Positions 44,882 to 57,293 of a stretch of DNA of 64,000 nt are shown piece by piece; within the stretch, counting starts at the first letter, position 1; every line of letters begins with the position of its first letter. Both the position numbers and the translations under genes were made by a program. The stretch comes from Stylophora pistillata (Eukaryota). The notes below the pieces were generated by a model. That model was not told the DNA's origin and ran no database searches. It saw nothing but the letters and a program-made list of their open reading frames with translations. The stretch is from the NCBI RefSeq assembly GCF_002571385.2, contig NW_019217858.1, positions 401,218 to 465,217 of the forward strand, in the 5' to 3' direction.

Positions 44882-45014
44882 GGCTCAGTTCTTGAAACGA
44901 ATAAATCGCTATCCAGCGGATGCTGTGAGTGTTAACCAAAAACTTCCTATGGTATCCAGCGGATAGACGTTTATCCGGTGGATAGCGTTATCAACCCTTC
45001 GAACAACTGGAGCC
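44882..45014. mobile_element. Short Harbinger-like MITE
   Basis: ggctcagttcttgaa / ttcgaacaactggagcc; internal tatccagcggata palindromes. Confidence 0.6.
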
Positions 45015-45039
45015 TGATTAGCATTGTTCCAATGAGTGT

Positions 45040-45041
<2 letters not shown>

Positions 45042-45072
<31 letters not shown>

Positions 45073-45875
45073 CCAACATATTGGGTGAACCAACATTTCA
45101 CCGTTTAGCCACTGTATTTGATGACCACTCAACATGTTGGATGATGTTGGAACATGTTTGAAGCAGTATCAAACATTTGATCCAACATCGTCCAACATTT
45201 CTTCTGTTCTCATGTTGGATGTGCGACGTTTTGTTCGTTTGGCCAGTCTCAACATGTTGCATGTGCGCACGCGCATTGTGACTGCAAACTCAGTCGTTAC
45301 CATAGACACCGTTGGCTTGCGTCAGTGTAGTTTGAAAATGGCAGCCAGCGTGGAAGCAGCGCAGAATATCGCTCAAACTTCTAGCAAAAAAACACCAAAA
45401 CAAAAAGTAAGACGTTGGAGCGACGAGGAAACCGACCGATTGATCGACCTATTGGAAGAGAATGGTTGCTTATGGGATCTTTTTGTGCCGAGTACCACCT
45501 GAAAGACAAGAGAGAACGAGCATATTTTTCGATCGAAGAGGAACTCGATATATCCGTGAGTGATATTAGGAATAAAATTGTTGGACTAAGGTCCCAGCTC
45601 GCCCGCGAACTAGTCAAAACAAGCTCTATCATCGGTTTCTTCAAGCTCGTCAAGCACTAATAACACTGAAAAACAACGCTTAAATTTCTCTTTCCTCTCC
45701 GCCATGTTTCAAGCATCCGTGGATATTACAATGTGGTGTGTGCTGGGAAATATCCTTACCCACAACCCTATACGTCACATGTTTGATCAAACATGTTGAA
45801 TGGATGTTTGGTATCGTTTGGCCACCCCCTAATTTACAACATGTTGGACTGTCCAACATGTAACCAACATGTTGG

Positions 45876-45906
<31 letters not shown>
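45042..45906. mobile_element. PIF/Harbinger deletion derivative
   Basis: ~40-bp near-perfect TIRs aggcccggccaaacgataaatgttggacgatccaacat; many ccaacat/atgttgg sub-terminal motifs; carries a MADF ORF remnant. Confidence 0.85.
45338..45660 (+). pseudogene. MADF/Myb-SANT DNA-binding ORF remnant of Harbinger (frameshifted)
   Basis: RRWSDEETDRLIDLLEENGCLWDL/FCAEYHLKDKRERAY…IRNKIVGLRSQLAREL; 1-nt frameshift near 45483. Confidence 0.78.
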
Positions 45907-45907
<1 letters not shown>

Positions 45908-45919
45908 ACAGGAGCATAG

Positions 45920-46201
45920 CAGGGGCGGATCCAGGAGGGAGTGCACCCCTAAAGAATGGCGTAACTGACTGGTGACCGGACGTAAAGTTAGAAGGGCTAA
46001 TGCTCCAAATTCCAGTGCCATACTACCATTTTTACGCCGTTTAACATAAATTCTTCAACCTTGTCTCTTGCTCTACTTCAACACCAATAAACCACATAGT
46101 TTTTTTTTTCTTTTTGCAGAATACCACTTGTATTAGAAAGTTGTACGTCATCTCAGGGAGGCCTACGCACCCCCTGCACCCTCCCCCTAGATCCACCCCT
46201 G
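45920..46201. mobile_element. hAT-like MITE with 5-bp TSD
   Basis: TIRs CAGGGGCGGATCCAGG / CCTAGATCCACCCCTG; catag on both flanks. Confidence 0.8.
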
Positions 46202-46324
46202 CATAGCACACCGAAATTACTGAATCAAGTCAATGTGATAATCAAATTTGAAAGCAGCTTGCAAAAGACTATTTTCTTACAATAGGAAAAGATATAGGTC
46301 GTGAAGAGAATAGCTTACGAGTTG

Positions 46325-47637
46325 CAGTCAAACCTTAATTAAGCGGTCACCAACGGGAATGGCAGAATGGGGTATTTAAAAAAAATGCTAAAAATCGCCT
46401 TTTCATACCCCTCTTGACCACTTAATTTACAAAGACTTGCTCAAACATGCTTTATCTCTGATTTCGGTGCTAAATATGGATTAAATTTTACTTGATAGAT
46501 TTCTCTTAGTTTTATATGAGTGGTTCCCCTCCGAGTGACCGTTCAGTGACCACAGGTGGAAGGCAATACAAAAATGCCGTTGGGACTCAGTAAAGGGTGA
46601 CCGCCTAATAGAGGTTAAAATTGCAGTAACTAGGAAGTAACAATCTCGGGGTTTTGAAAACCACTTCACCCGTAGAAGACCAAGGGCTCGTTATTTTTTT
46701 CATTTGTAATTTGGCGAGACACACTTAACCTCACTCTATTTGTCCTTATAAAGAGTATCCGTTACAATATTTGCCGTTTCGAGGTACTTTGGGCTCAGAC
46801 TTGAGGGTCACGTGACCTACATCAACATTTCGTGTTTCGAGGAGTTGAAATCGATTCGGTTTCCATTTCCCTCTACAGAAGCCTCCATGTCGGCATCATT
46901 AAGCTGGAATGTGGGTAGAGGCAAGTCTCTGAATGAGAAACAGATGAAAACAGAGGTGAGAGTAGTTTTCATGTAGACTGGACCGCCAACAATGCTTTAC
47001 TGCCAGCTTGGCGAGTTCACAAGTGAAGTTGTCTCTCTGGCCCATCTGTGGATAGCTTCTAGGACCTACCAAGGCTATGCCGCCAAGTTTTGACCGGTAA
47101 CAATTTCAATCGCTGCGATATTTTGCTGGTAGGATTACCCAGAATTCTTTTCGGCCATGGACAAGGCAACGGTTGTGTTCGCGACACTGGCTTTCATCAA
47201 AATGGAGAAACAAGGGCTGGCAGATAAAATGAGAAGGAATTTTCTAGCCAAACTCCAAGATCTGACCATGAGGTGTGATTTGAACGCAAACTTTTGATGT
47301 TTTTAGCAAGTTTTTATCTTAAAAGATTGACACGTTTTTGGTGTTGCTCTTGGAGCAAGTAAGTAAGTAAGTAAGTAAGTGGACTTTATTTGTTGCCTTA
47401 CGAACGGTTCACTGAAATGAAAATCAGGATTCATTGTGGGCGTTGTAGGTTGCAATAGGTGTTACATCAACTAGCCGGCATAATTTACACACTTACATAA
47501 TGTTGTGTCTTAAATTCAACAAGAAACAAGTATCAAAAGTAGTAACGGTATTATCTGGAGATATCTGTCCACTTAGTGTGCAAAGGGTTAACAGAGGTGA
47601 CCGCTTAAAACATTGCCGCTTAATACAGGTTCGACTG
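46325..47637. mobile_element. Probable old Tc1/pogo-like non-autonomous element
   Basis: cagtcaaaccttaattaagcggtcacc / ccgcttaatacaggttcgactg; whether the two ends belong to one copy is uncertain. Confidence 0.45.
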
Positions 47638-48214
47638 CATGGTATTTGCATTTATATTCCAAGCGTTACGATTACGATGTTCCTAAAATGATGCTGAATG
47701 AACTATACTTTCACTTTTAACAACTTTTTGTTTTAATTTTCTGGTATAAAAGAATCTAAAACTTTTTAGGTTTCCAAATGAAAGGTGGTGATACCATAGA
47801 TTTTCCATGGGTCATATGCAATATTATTGGAATTTGGAGAGTCACGCGGCACACAAAGTTTGCCTTTTACAAAAACTGCCATTAATCCTGATGAGACCAC
47901 AAGGACTACAGACCCTTTGCTCAGTTGGACAAAGAAACCTGAAGGAGGCATCGACAAGCCGAGGACTAAGGAAAAATTGATATGGAGGACGTCAAAACAA
48001 TCAACTTGAAAATTACATAACTAATTTACATACTAAACTTTTCAAGAAGCAGAACATGTCGATTCTCTTTGCAGGAGACCCTGTCTAGACCACCTAAATA
48101 AATGAACTCGATATTGACAGAATCCTGAGAGATAAATTTCACGTGTTATCGAACACTTAGAAGTCTCTCAGTCTCTATTTGTGGATTAAAGATACGAACA
48201 GCTTGAAAATCGTT

Positions 48215-48585
48215 ATCAAACGGAAAAGGGTTTATGTCCAAGTTCATGCAAAATTGGTCCAATATCGCCAGTAATTGCTGAGTTATAGACAAGCATCTTT
48301 TTTTGAGGATTTTTTAAAATTCAGTTTGGTTCCAAATGAGCTTGAGTAAAACAGAATCTTCAGTCTGCCTCTTATCTTTTCACAATTTATTGTTTGAAGA
48401 TACTATCAGCATGAATATCATAAAACGGAAAAGGGTTCAAGTCCAAGTTCATGTGAAATTGGTCCCACGTTGCTAATAACTGCTGAGTCATAGACAAGAA
48501 CCCCTTTTTGAGGATTGTTTTCATTCAGGCTATTCTCGAATTAACCCAATGAAAACAGAATTGTCAGTCTGCCTTCTATCTTTTC
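48215..48585. repeat. Diverged direct duplication, ~205-bp unit x2
   Basis: aaacggaaaagggtt…gtccaagttcatg…tgctgagt.atagacaag…tttttgaggatt…aaaacagaat…cagtctgcct repeated. Confidence 0.8.
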
Positions 48586-50052
48586 TTTTGAATGGCTGAC
48601 ATCTATGAATTGGAATCTCCTATTCCCCATTCCTGTGCAACATCTCACTTCCGGGCAGGGAGAAAATCGCGCCTGTATTTGTTTCGGGGCTCTAGCATTC
48701 ACTATTCCAGGCCACAGGATACTTCGCTGTGTGAGCATCCAAACGAAACCATCAACCACTACTTTCTGGTGAGTTATTTGTCAATATGTTTCGTGCCGGA
48801 AAACGCTTTGACTGAAGGAGAAGATTTCCGAAAACTTCCGGAAACCCTTGCTGAGTAAATTTAATTCCTTGGATTTTTGATTGGATTAACGTTAGATTGG
48901 GATTACTCAAATGTGAGCAGTACTTAGTTATTGACCTATTTAGGTTATAAAGATGGCTTTGGTCTCTAGTTTGCATTATACCGTGAGCCAAGCCTAGCCG
49001 AAGCTTCAAGAATATTCCTCGTTCTTTTGTGGCCCGTCATGCTGTACAAGGTTGGTTCCTATAGAACCCTAAATCCTGTCTGCTCTTGATAAGTACTCTT
49101 GATAAGTAATTTTTACACAGTAAGTCCGACGATTTGTTACAAGGTAATCATGTTCTCTATGTAATTTCAAACCTCAATGGTCGATGAAATGGAAGCCGTA
49201 AAAAAGTTCCTTTTAATATTCTGCTTTGTATCTTTCTGATTGAGAAAGCTTCTTAACAGTAAAGCCACGTTTTCAAACAAACGTAAAACAATTCGAAGAG
49301 GTTGAGGAGAACATCTCATGAGTAGAAATGACCATGATAATGCTGCTTGGTTTTTTCACTTAAAGTTCTGTGGAGCTTGGTTACATTTACATACATTCTA
49401 TCGTTGAGGGGATATCAAAGTTGCATTCAATCACAAAAAGGAGCATGGTTACATGACTTGTTATGTAATAAGGAAAAAAAATAAAAAAATAAAAAATAAG
49501 GCGATTATGGCCTTAGGCTATTTCCCACGCGAGGTAAGCTAAGCAGAAAAAGGAAACAGTTCTCATGAGGCGTTGAAAAAGTGGCGTTGCTCCATACCTC
49601 GACTGAGCAACTAGATATGGATAAATACTTGTGAAAGAAGATGTTGTTCAGTGAGTAGCAACTTTTCGTATTTTTGGCATTTTTTTAGGAACTTTCTGGC
49701 ATTCCAGTGAGCAACTTTTCAGCATCACACGAACACAATCGAGACAGGCCTAACCTCTGACTTCCTTTAAAAATTTTCCCTGATTTAAATGGAAACTCCG
49801 TGAAATTTCCCTTACCTTGAAGGAATTTTTTTCCCCCAATCATTTTCTGACCAAAGGCAACCATAAATAAAGAAATTCCGTACAATTTTACAAACTGTTC
49901 GCCTTACATTTGATCTCTTGCGAAAATCGCGAACGGATTTCTCCATGGGGCACAGTTATTGAGTGTTTCACCCTCATCGCAATAATGATTGTCACTGCAT
50001 TTTAATTCCAGAAAATTTTCATCTCGAAACATAATTTATCATATTTTTAATG

Positions 50053-51463
50053 AGTAGTTTGGAAAATAAGGAATGCCGGAATTCGGAACCGGAATTTGAA
50101 ACCGGAATACTTGGAATACCCGGAATTCCCGGAATGACCGAAAAATAATAAATTTTAAAAAAATTGAAGTAAATCAATACATAAATAAGAATATTGATAA
50201 TTAAAAATTGATGGTAAATTCACAACTTAATTAAATAATTTAGTTTGAAATTTTTCTCTGAGGGTCCCAAAAAAAAAAAAAAAACTTACCAGTGCTGTTC
50301 ATAGAGAAGCACGTATTAGAAGTAAAAAAAAGTCTGCGTCAGGCCAATAGCCCATACAGCCTAAGCGACGAAATATTTCTACTCTCCCTTCCCCCTGGAT
50401 GGGATGCTAGTCCATCACAAGGTTTCTCCCCGTTTTAAATTCGCCTCCACCCATTTACACACCTGTAGGATGTCTAGGGCGCCATGACCATTAGGCCACC
50501 ACGCTTTTCCAGCCGGAATCATTGCAGAAGATTAAACAAAGGCAATATTTCCAATTAGTTTAATAGTTCAATTGTAAAAAGTTCCGAACTATTACAAATT
50601 AATACTCTACCTTAAATAATTATTAACCACCCATTGGGAGCTATCAAAGCAGCTACCATTTAGACCAGCCGCCTACAGTTAAAATTGAGAGATCGTCAGT
50701 TACTCGACACCTTTTCGCGTCTATTATAAATACCTTGAATATATACCTTTAAATATATATCTTGTACTGATGGATTCTTCTAAACAAGGTTTATATTCAA
50801 AGGTATATATTCAAGGTATTTATAGACGCGAAAAGGTGTCGAGTAACTGACGATCTCTCAATTTTAGCTGTAGACGGCTGGTCTTAAAGGTAGCTGCTTT
50901 GATAGCTCCCAATGTGTGGTTAATCATGATTTAAGGGAGAGTATCAATTTTTAATAGTTGGGAGATTTTTAAACTAATTGGAAATACTGCATTTGGTTAA
51001 TCTTCTGTAATGGTTCCGGCTGGAAAAGCGTGCAGGACTAAAGGTTATGGCTCCCTGGCTAGACATCCTACAGGTGTGTAAATGGGTGGAGACGAATTTA
51101 AAACGGGGAGTAACCATGTGATGGACTAGCATCCCATCCAGGGGGAAGGGAAAGTAGAAATATTTCGTCACTTAGGCTGTATGGGCTACTGGCCTGACGC
51201 AGACTTTTTTAATTCTAATACGTGCATCTCCATATGAACAGTGCCGGTAAGTGTTTTTTTTTTACGGGACCCTCAGAGAAAATTTTCGTATTAAATTATT
51301 TAATTAAGTTGTGAATTTACCATTAATTTTTAATCTTCAATGTTCTTATATATTTATTTCTTTATTTACTTTTATTTTTTTTAAATTTGTTATTTTTCGG
51401 TCATTCCGGTAATTCCGGGTAGTCCGGTTCCGAATTCCGGCATTCCTTATTTTCCAAACTACC
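50053..51463. mobile_element. 1.4-kb foldback palindrome element with 9-bp TSD
   Basis: ~710-bp inverted arms with ~18-nt spacer (~50766-50783); tttttaatg at 50044-50052 and 51464-51472. Confidence 0.88.
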
Positions 51464-54400
51464 TTTTTAATGATATATTAGGCAAATGTATTTAATTTCA
51501 TTAATGCCCCTAAAGATAGGATCAGAATAGCCCACAACTGCTAGGAATTTCAAGGAATGCCCTACCATACGATTGAACTTTTTCTAGTGGGTGGCTACCA
51601 TCGAAACCTACTTTAAATCAAACTGATAAAATCACTTAGAAACTAATGTTTCTGGCTTTAATATCTGGTTCTTCGGTGGAGAGATCTTGAAGTTGCTAAA
51701 ATATTAATCTCGTTATCGAACTTTTAACACTCCATCACACTCCATCACACTTTTATCGCACTCCCCACACGAGGAAACTGATTAGCAAGTTGTGGTGTAA
51801 AGAATATGGCTGGAGTTTTTAATTGTCCACCCCAACCTTCCCTACTTTCTCTGACGGACTACTGTACGTTTATCTTTCTAAATCGTAATCAGTAACCTTT
51901 CTTTCAGGGAAAGATTACTTCTTCGGTCTCCCTGGAAAACAAACCAAACTTATAAGTAAGCAGCACAGTAAAGAATTCACTGAGGTAAAATGGCTAATTA
52001 CAGTTTCTCATCTGAAAGAAGTTTTTTTATTACGCACATTCTCACCATGAGATGCTTACTTAAACCCGGCTGTTGACTGGCTCATCTAACACCATTAATT
52101 AAGCCATCTCATCGAATGCATCACTTTGCTGGTCATAAAGAAAACGTGAATAGCAATCTGCAAAGAAAAGTCGAAAATTTCCTAGATATCGTTTTGCTCA
52201 GAAAACAGTGTCATCTCTCACGGATCCCTTTCATCATACTTCTTAGCTGTTCCATGCATAGGTCCTCAATAAAATTTTTTTCTGTCTCTGTCATCAAACA
52301 AATACAATTTTGTTACCTCCATCGCATTCGATTCTATTTTCTTTTGTTATTCATTTTTAATATCCTCATATTACACTACGGTGATGTGTTTAATTTTTTT
52401 TAACTCATCTGATCAGAGCTGAAATGTAGCTGCGCTCTGTAAACTGAAAGTCTAGTTGACCCGCGATCTTCTTGTTTTAAGGACCGTGTTCGTGAAGCAA
52501 GAGTAAATTTTCGTGAAAACTGACAACTGAATCTAATCTCAGACACTTATGACTCACTCAAAATTAATTTCCGGCGATAGACTCCTGTTACAAGTTACAG
52601 AGTCAACGATTGGCGATTTTTTTTCACTATTTGGGAAGAAAACATGTCAAAAATGGCTAATGTTAACTCAGCATGCACAGTTCGACCACATGGACTTGCT
52701 TGTTAACTGCAATGGCAGCGAACATCGAAGATTCGATTGTCACATTTAAATATGGGTTCGAGTTTCGGTTTCGTTTGTTCTCAAGGCGGAATCGAAGATA
52801 CGATCAAATCGCAGACGGATATCCCGACGAACTTTTCGTCGAATACACTTTTCGCATACGATCAGGAGGGGCATTCATATTGCCGAGCACACCTTTGTAT
52901 ACGAACCAAATAGGTAAGGTGATCACCATGAGATTCAAAAGCCCGATGTTCAATCGCAAGAAATTCTCTTGCGTTTTCGGAGTCGAAGTGGAAGTTGCTT
53001 TAACAGAGAATAGACCTTGTGCACTGTGAACTCGTATGAGGAATTTGGGGTCAATACCAGCTAACTCGAATAATTGGTGATGGCCGTTTTCTTGTAAACT
53101 ATGATAAAATACGTGATTCGCGTAACTGCTTAAACTACACACGAGAATAGTGACTTAGGAAAAAGAGGTTCGTAATTCGCGATTTGGACCCTTCCCCTGC
53201 TCCCATTACCAAGAGACAAAGCATTTTACTCCGTTTTTCTTTTATTTAAACATTTAATTATTTATACCGTCAATAAAACAAATGTCAAATACTTGTGAAA
53301 AAAATACTTCATGGCTTGTTTGACGAGAAGTTTCATCTAGGCCAAAAGAACTCATCAGATACCTCGAGGAATTTTCAAGCAAACTCGTTAAGTATTGCGC
53401 TCAAAGTCCTGTTCGCGAATTCAAGAGGTTAGCAGTCTGGCCTTCGATCGCATGATTCCCAACCGCAAGTTCAAAAGTTACGGATGAAACTGTAACTTGT
53501 GAACGAGTTACGTATTTGTTTTTGCTAATTCATCTGGTAATTCATAAACCACCAGAGCAAACATACACGAAGATACAAAACGACAAAGAAATCGAATTTC
53601 ATTTGTAAGGCGAAGGTGGAATAGACGAAGGTTCAATACCAGATATCGGCCTAAGGTAAATTTTTCTTCTTTTGTTGCTGTATCAATCAAAAGATGTTGA
53701 AAAAAAATAGGTTATTCATTTAACGTCATCTTTTAATTCTCACGCTAGAGTGAGTTTGAAGAGAATCTAACTCGAAACCTGAAATAAAAATACTCCAAAA
53801 ACTTTTTTGCTCGTTTGTTTCGCTTTGTCAACAAATGATATAAACTATTAAAAACGGTAAAAAATTTTGATATGTTGATATTGCTAGGTTTCGGAAAATA
53901 AGAAAGCAGAGAGAAATCTAGTGGCGTCATCGAGGCAAGCTTTTTCCTAAATTCACTATCAGGTAGAGTAGGGAACGGCTCATGACCTAAAAACTCATCT
54001 CCAGTTTCTAAGGAATGGCTATCTGTATTAGACATATGCTCCACCTCAAAGATACTTCATTTCTTTGGTGCTGTAACCGAACAGTTGCGCTTTAAGTGTT
54101 TTTCCCATTTTCTTTTACCATTGACCCAAACGACCACATTTACCCGCTCATTCTTGTTTTTGATGATTCATTTTCCTATTCTACGCGAGTGTATAGGAAG
54201 GAAAAAAGGCATTTCTTTGCCTTATGGAGATGCACATAACAATGACAACTGCCAAAATGATGAACTTCATCTAAGAAATCGAACTGGACATAAAAAATAT
54301 CTTTTCTTGCTTATCATTTGTTTTCAATTTGGCCTTGCCTTTGACTTTGCTCTTTCAAATAGTTACAATAGGGGAATGTCAACGTATGGCAGGTCTCCAA

Positions 54401-56430
54401 AATGTTGTTTACAAACCTTTACATCTGATGAGCTTGTAAGGTGACCGATTGTTATCTTATTCAGAAATGTTTTTCAAAAAATTAAATTTTTGGAATTCTT
54501 TTTTTTAACCTTTCACTCATTTAAAAGAATTTGAAAACATCTTTACGACAGCAAACGGGACAGCAAAATCTTCCGAAGTTCCTTGCCGCAGATTGTCTTT
54601 GTCTCTACAATACCAGACTTAAAAATCAGTTGTTATGGACCAGCTTAGCTCTTTTTTGTTTCAATTTAGGGTTCATTATTCCGTGGCATGCAGTTGACCA
54701 AGCTTTCACAACGAACCCGTTGTAAGTGGCCTTCAGGGGGGTAAAACAGCTGATTGCCAGGTGACTGTTACATTTATTTCTTTAAGAAGTTCTTACTTGC
54801 TGTAATACTCAAGTCTACGTAAAAGTAGCTTGAAGTTTAGCAGAAACAATTGCACATCATCTCGAATGCAGAGAAACGAAGTATGCCCGTTCGCCTTTCG
54901 TTCAGTTTACTTGTCACTTGGGTTCTATCTTGCTTATGCAGTTTTCTTCTTTTTTTTTTTGCTTAAGCTTTTGCTTGCACCTATGCACTAGCAATCACCA
55001 GTCTCAACAGGTTTCCAGCAAAGGAATTTTCAAGGCTACGACCAATCACACCTTTGTTCAGCGAAAAGGCAAATTAAGACCTTTACATCCCATAGCAAGA
55101 CGACACCCAATCGGTATGATCAGAGATAATCTTTCTCTTACTCCCAATATAATTTTTTTTCGATAACACAAATTTGATAAGAAAGTATTGCATAATAATA
55201 TTTTAACTGACATACGTATGCCTGTACACGTGACAACCGGGAACAGGTTTTTGAAGGTTTCATGGGTTACAATACTTTCCTCCTGCAATTCTCTTATGTA
55301 GCTTGTATATCGTTGTGAAGTTTACATTACATTCGCCAGTTTTGGGCAAATTTTCCAAATGTTTCTTGGGTCATTTTAAGATGATCTGACGGAACGGAAC
55401 CGTCGAACCCAAAAATTGATCTTACGTTTTGTCAGACAGATATTTTTGACTAAAATTTGATAGGAATAGTGAATAACCCATGGGATTTGACTACTAAAAT
55501 AGCCTAGAAATCAGGAATATTGAATGATATGTTCATCCGGTTGTGGCTGATTTAATAAGCCCCACAACTCAACAAACCTTTTCCTCAATGTTCCACCGTT
55601 TTCTCGACCGACGGCATTTCAGAAGGTTGCCGTAGATTCTAGTGCTTTGAAAATTTGTCCTAAGGCATGCAAAGGTCAGAGGCTTGCTTTTCATACGCAA
55701 TTCACTGACCATTAACTCAATTAAAACCCTTGAACACTCTATGGAATCATCTTAAAGGACCTAATTGGTCTTTGAAGCACAAGCCGCGAGTCCTTTGATC
55801 AATAAGACAATTATAGATATAGCTGATGAAAAGATGAAGCCATAAATGGGAAGGTATTCAATTAGGGCTTATTAATTCATCATTGCCACCTCTCACTTGG
55901 GAAATAATTATATAGCTTTAACCCTGATTTCGTCTCGTTTGAAAACTCTACCATTAAATAGATCAATCGGAAGAAAAAGCTACTATTCTCGAAGCCTTAA
56001 AGAAGGAATGTCTTTTGGGAAAAAAAAGTGAAACATTGGTACTCAGTCCTAACAACAAAATTAAAGGAGCCTGATAGAACAGGTCATTAAAAAATTGCAA
56101 ATAAAGACTCACACTCAAATGGTTGCAATATGCTGCGAAAAAAGAAAGGAAGAAATAAAAAAAGATAGAACATCAATATGGTCACAACACGGAAACGCTG
56201 AAAATCATTAAAACGGGCTGACGTTGATAACTGCAATGAAGGTCTGTCACGGCTGTCTGCAGCATACTAGGGGAACTGAAAAAAAAAGAAAAGAATGGCT
56301 ATAATCAATTTCTTTGCCGAACGCGGCTTCAGTGCATAACCATTCAAACAGATGTAAGTCTACATGACATCAATTCGCGACTAAAAATCACATTACCATA
56401 AGAAGATTAACGGTAACTGGCCATCGTAGT

Positions 56431-56482
56431 TTGGGATTTCAGTCGAACAGTTAAGATTGGGATTTCAGTCGAACAGTTAAGA
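56431..56482. repeat. Perfect 26-bp tandem duplication
   Basis: ttgggatttcagtcgaacagttaaga x2. Confidence 0.9.
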
Positions 56483-57260
56483 ATTGGAAATCAGCTGGTT
56501 ATCCTATTATCTGCAACAAGCGTCGTTATTTTATTTCTGACTTACATACAGTTCTTCCAAATACAAGTTTCTTTAAATAGTGCACTTTCTTTTTTCCTGT
56601 TATAAGTACATGATATCGCTGCTTGTACTGAGTGAAATATTCATCGACCACAAGGCGTTTAAGTGGTTATGTTGAAATGAGTAAGTTTTTAAATTTTTCT
56701 CAGCCATGGGGTAAAACTTGAAATTTTTCGTCGGTAAAAGCGGTTCTATTTTTTTTAACAATACAAGAAAGTAACCAGATAAAACAGCTAGAAAAGAAAA
56801 GGCGTCGGTTAGTATCAGTTTATATCACCATAAACTGTGGTTTACGTTGAAAGATAAAATGAAAGATGTAAGAGATACGCAGTTATTTTTCCTCTTTTCT
56901 TATATTTACTAAGGAAAGAATGTTGTTCCTGTGTATGTACAACAAGTGAGGTAAAATAGAAAAATGTTATCTGTCTTGCCAACTTTTGACTCTAGTATAT
57001 AAGGCTGGATTTCCTGTCCTAATTTATGTGTAGCAGCAAAAACATTTATGAAAAAATAATATTGTTCCAACAATAGCCATACGATATTTACATACATACA
57101 AAATGAAAAATCGTTCTTTACTTTGAGCACCCTATGGTAAGAATCATGATTTTGTTTAAAATATATGCATTATTTGATAAAATCAGTCCTATGTCTTAAT
57201 TCGCATTGATGTAAAAATGCTGTACACGGACTTCTCCATACCATTCATCTAAATAATGCA

Positions 57261-57293
<33 letters not shown>

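Noticed and set aside
46976-47272. Exon-like segment with two stops (…DYPEFFSAMDKATVVF…)
   Set aside because: No family recognised; at best a decayed fragment inside a repeat.
52673-53142. Overlapping 118-aa and 112-aa ORFs
   Set aside because: No domain motif or supporting splice structure.
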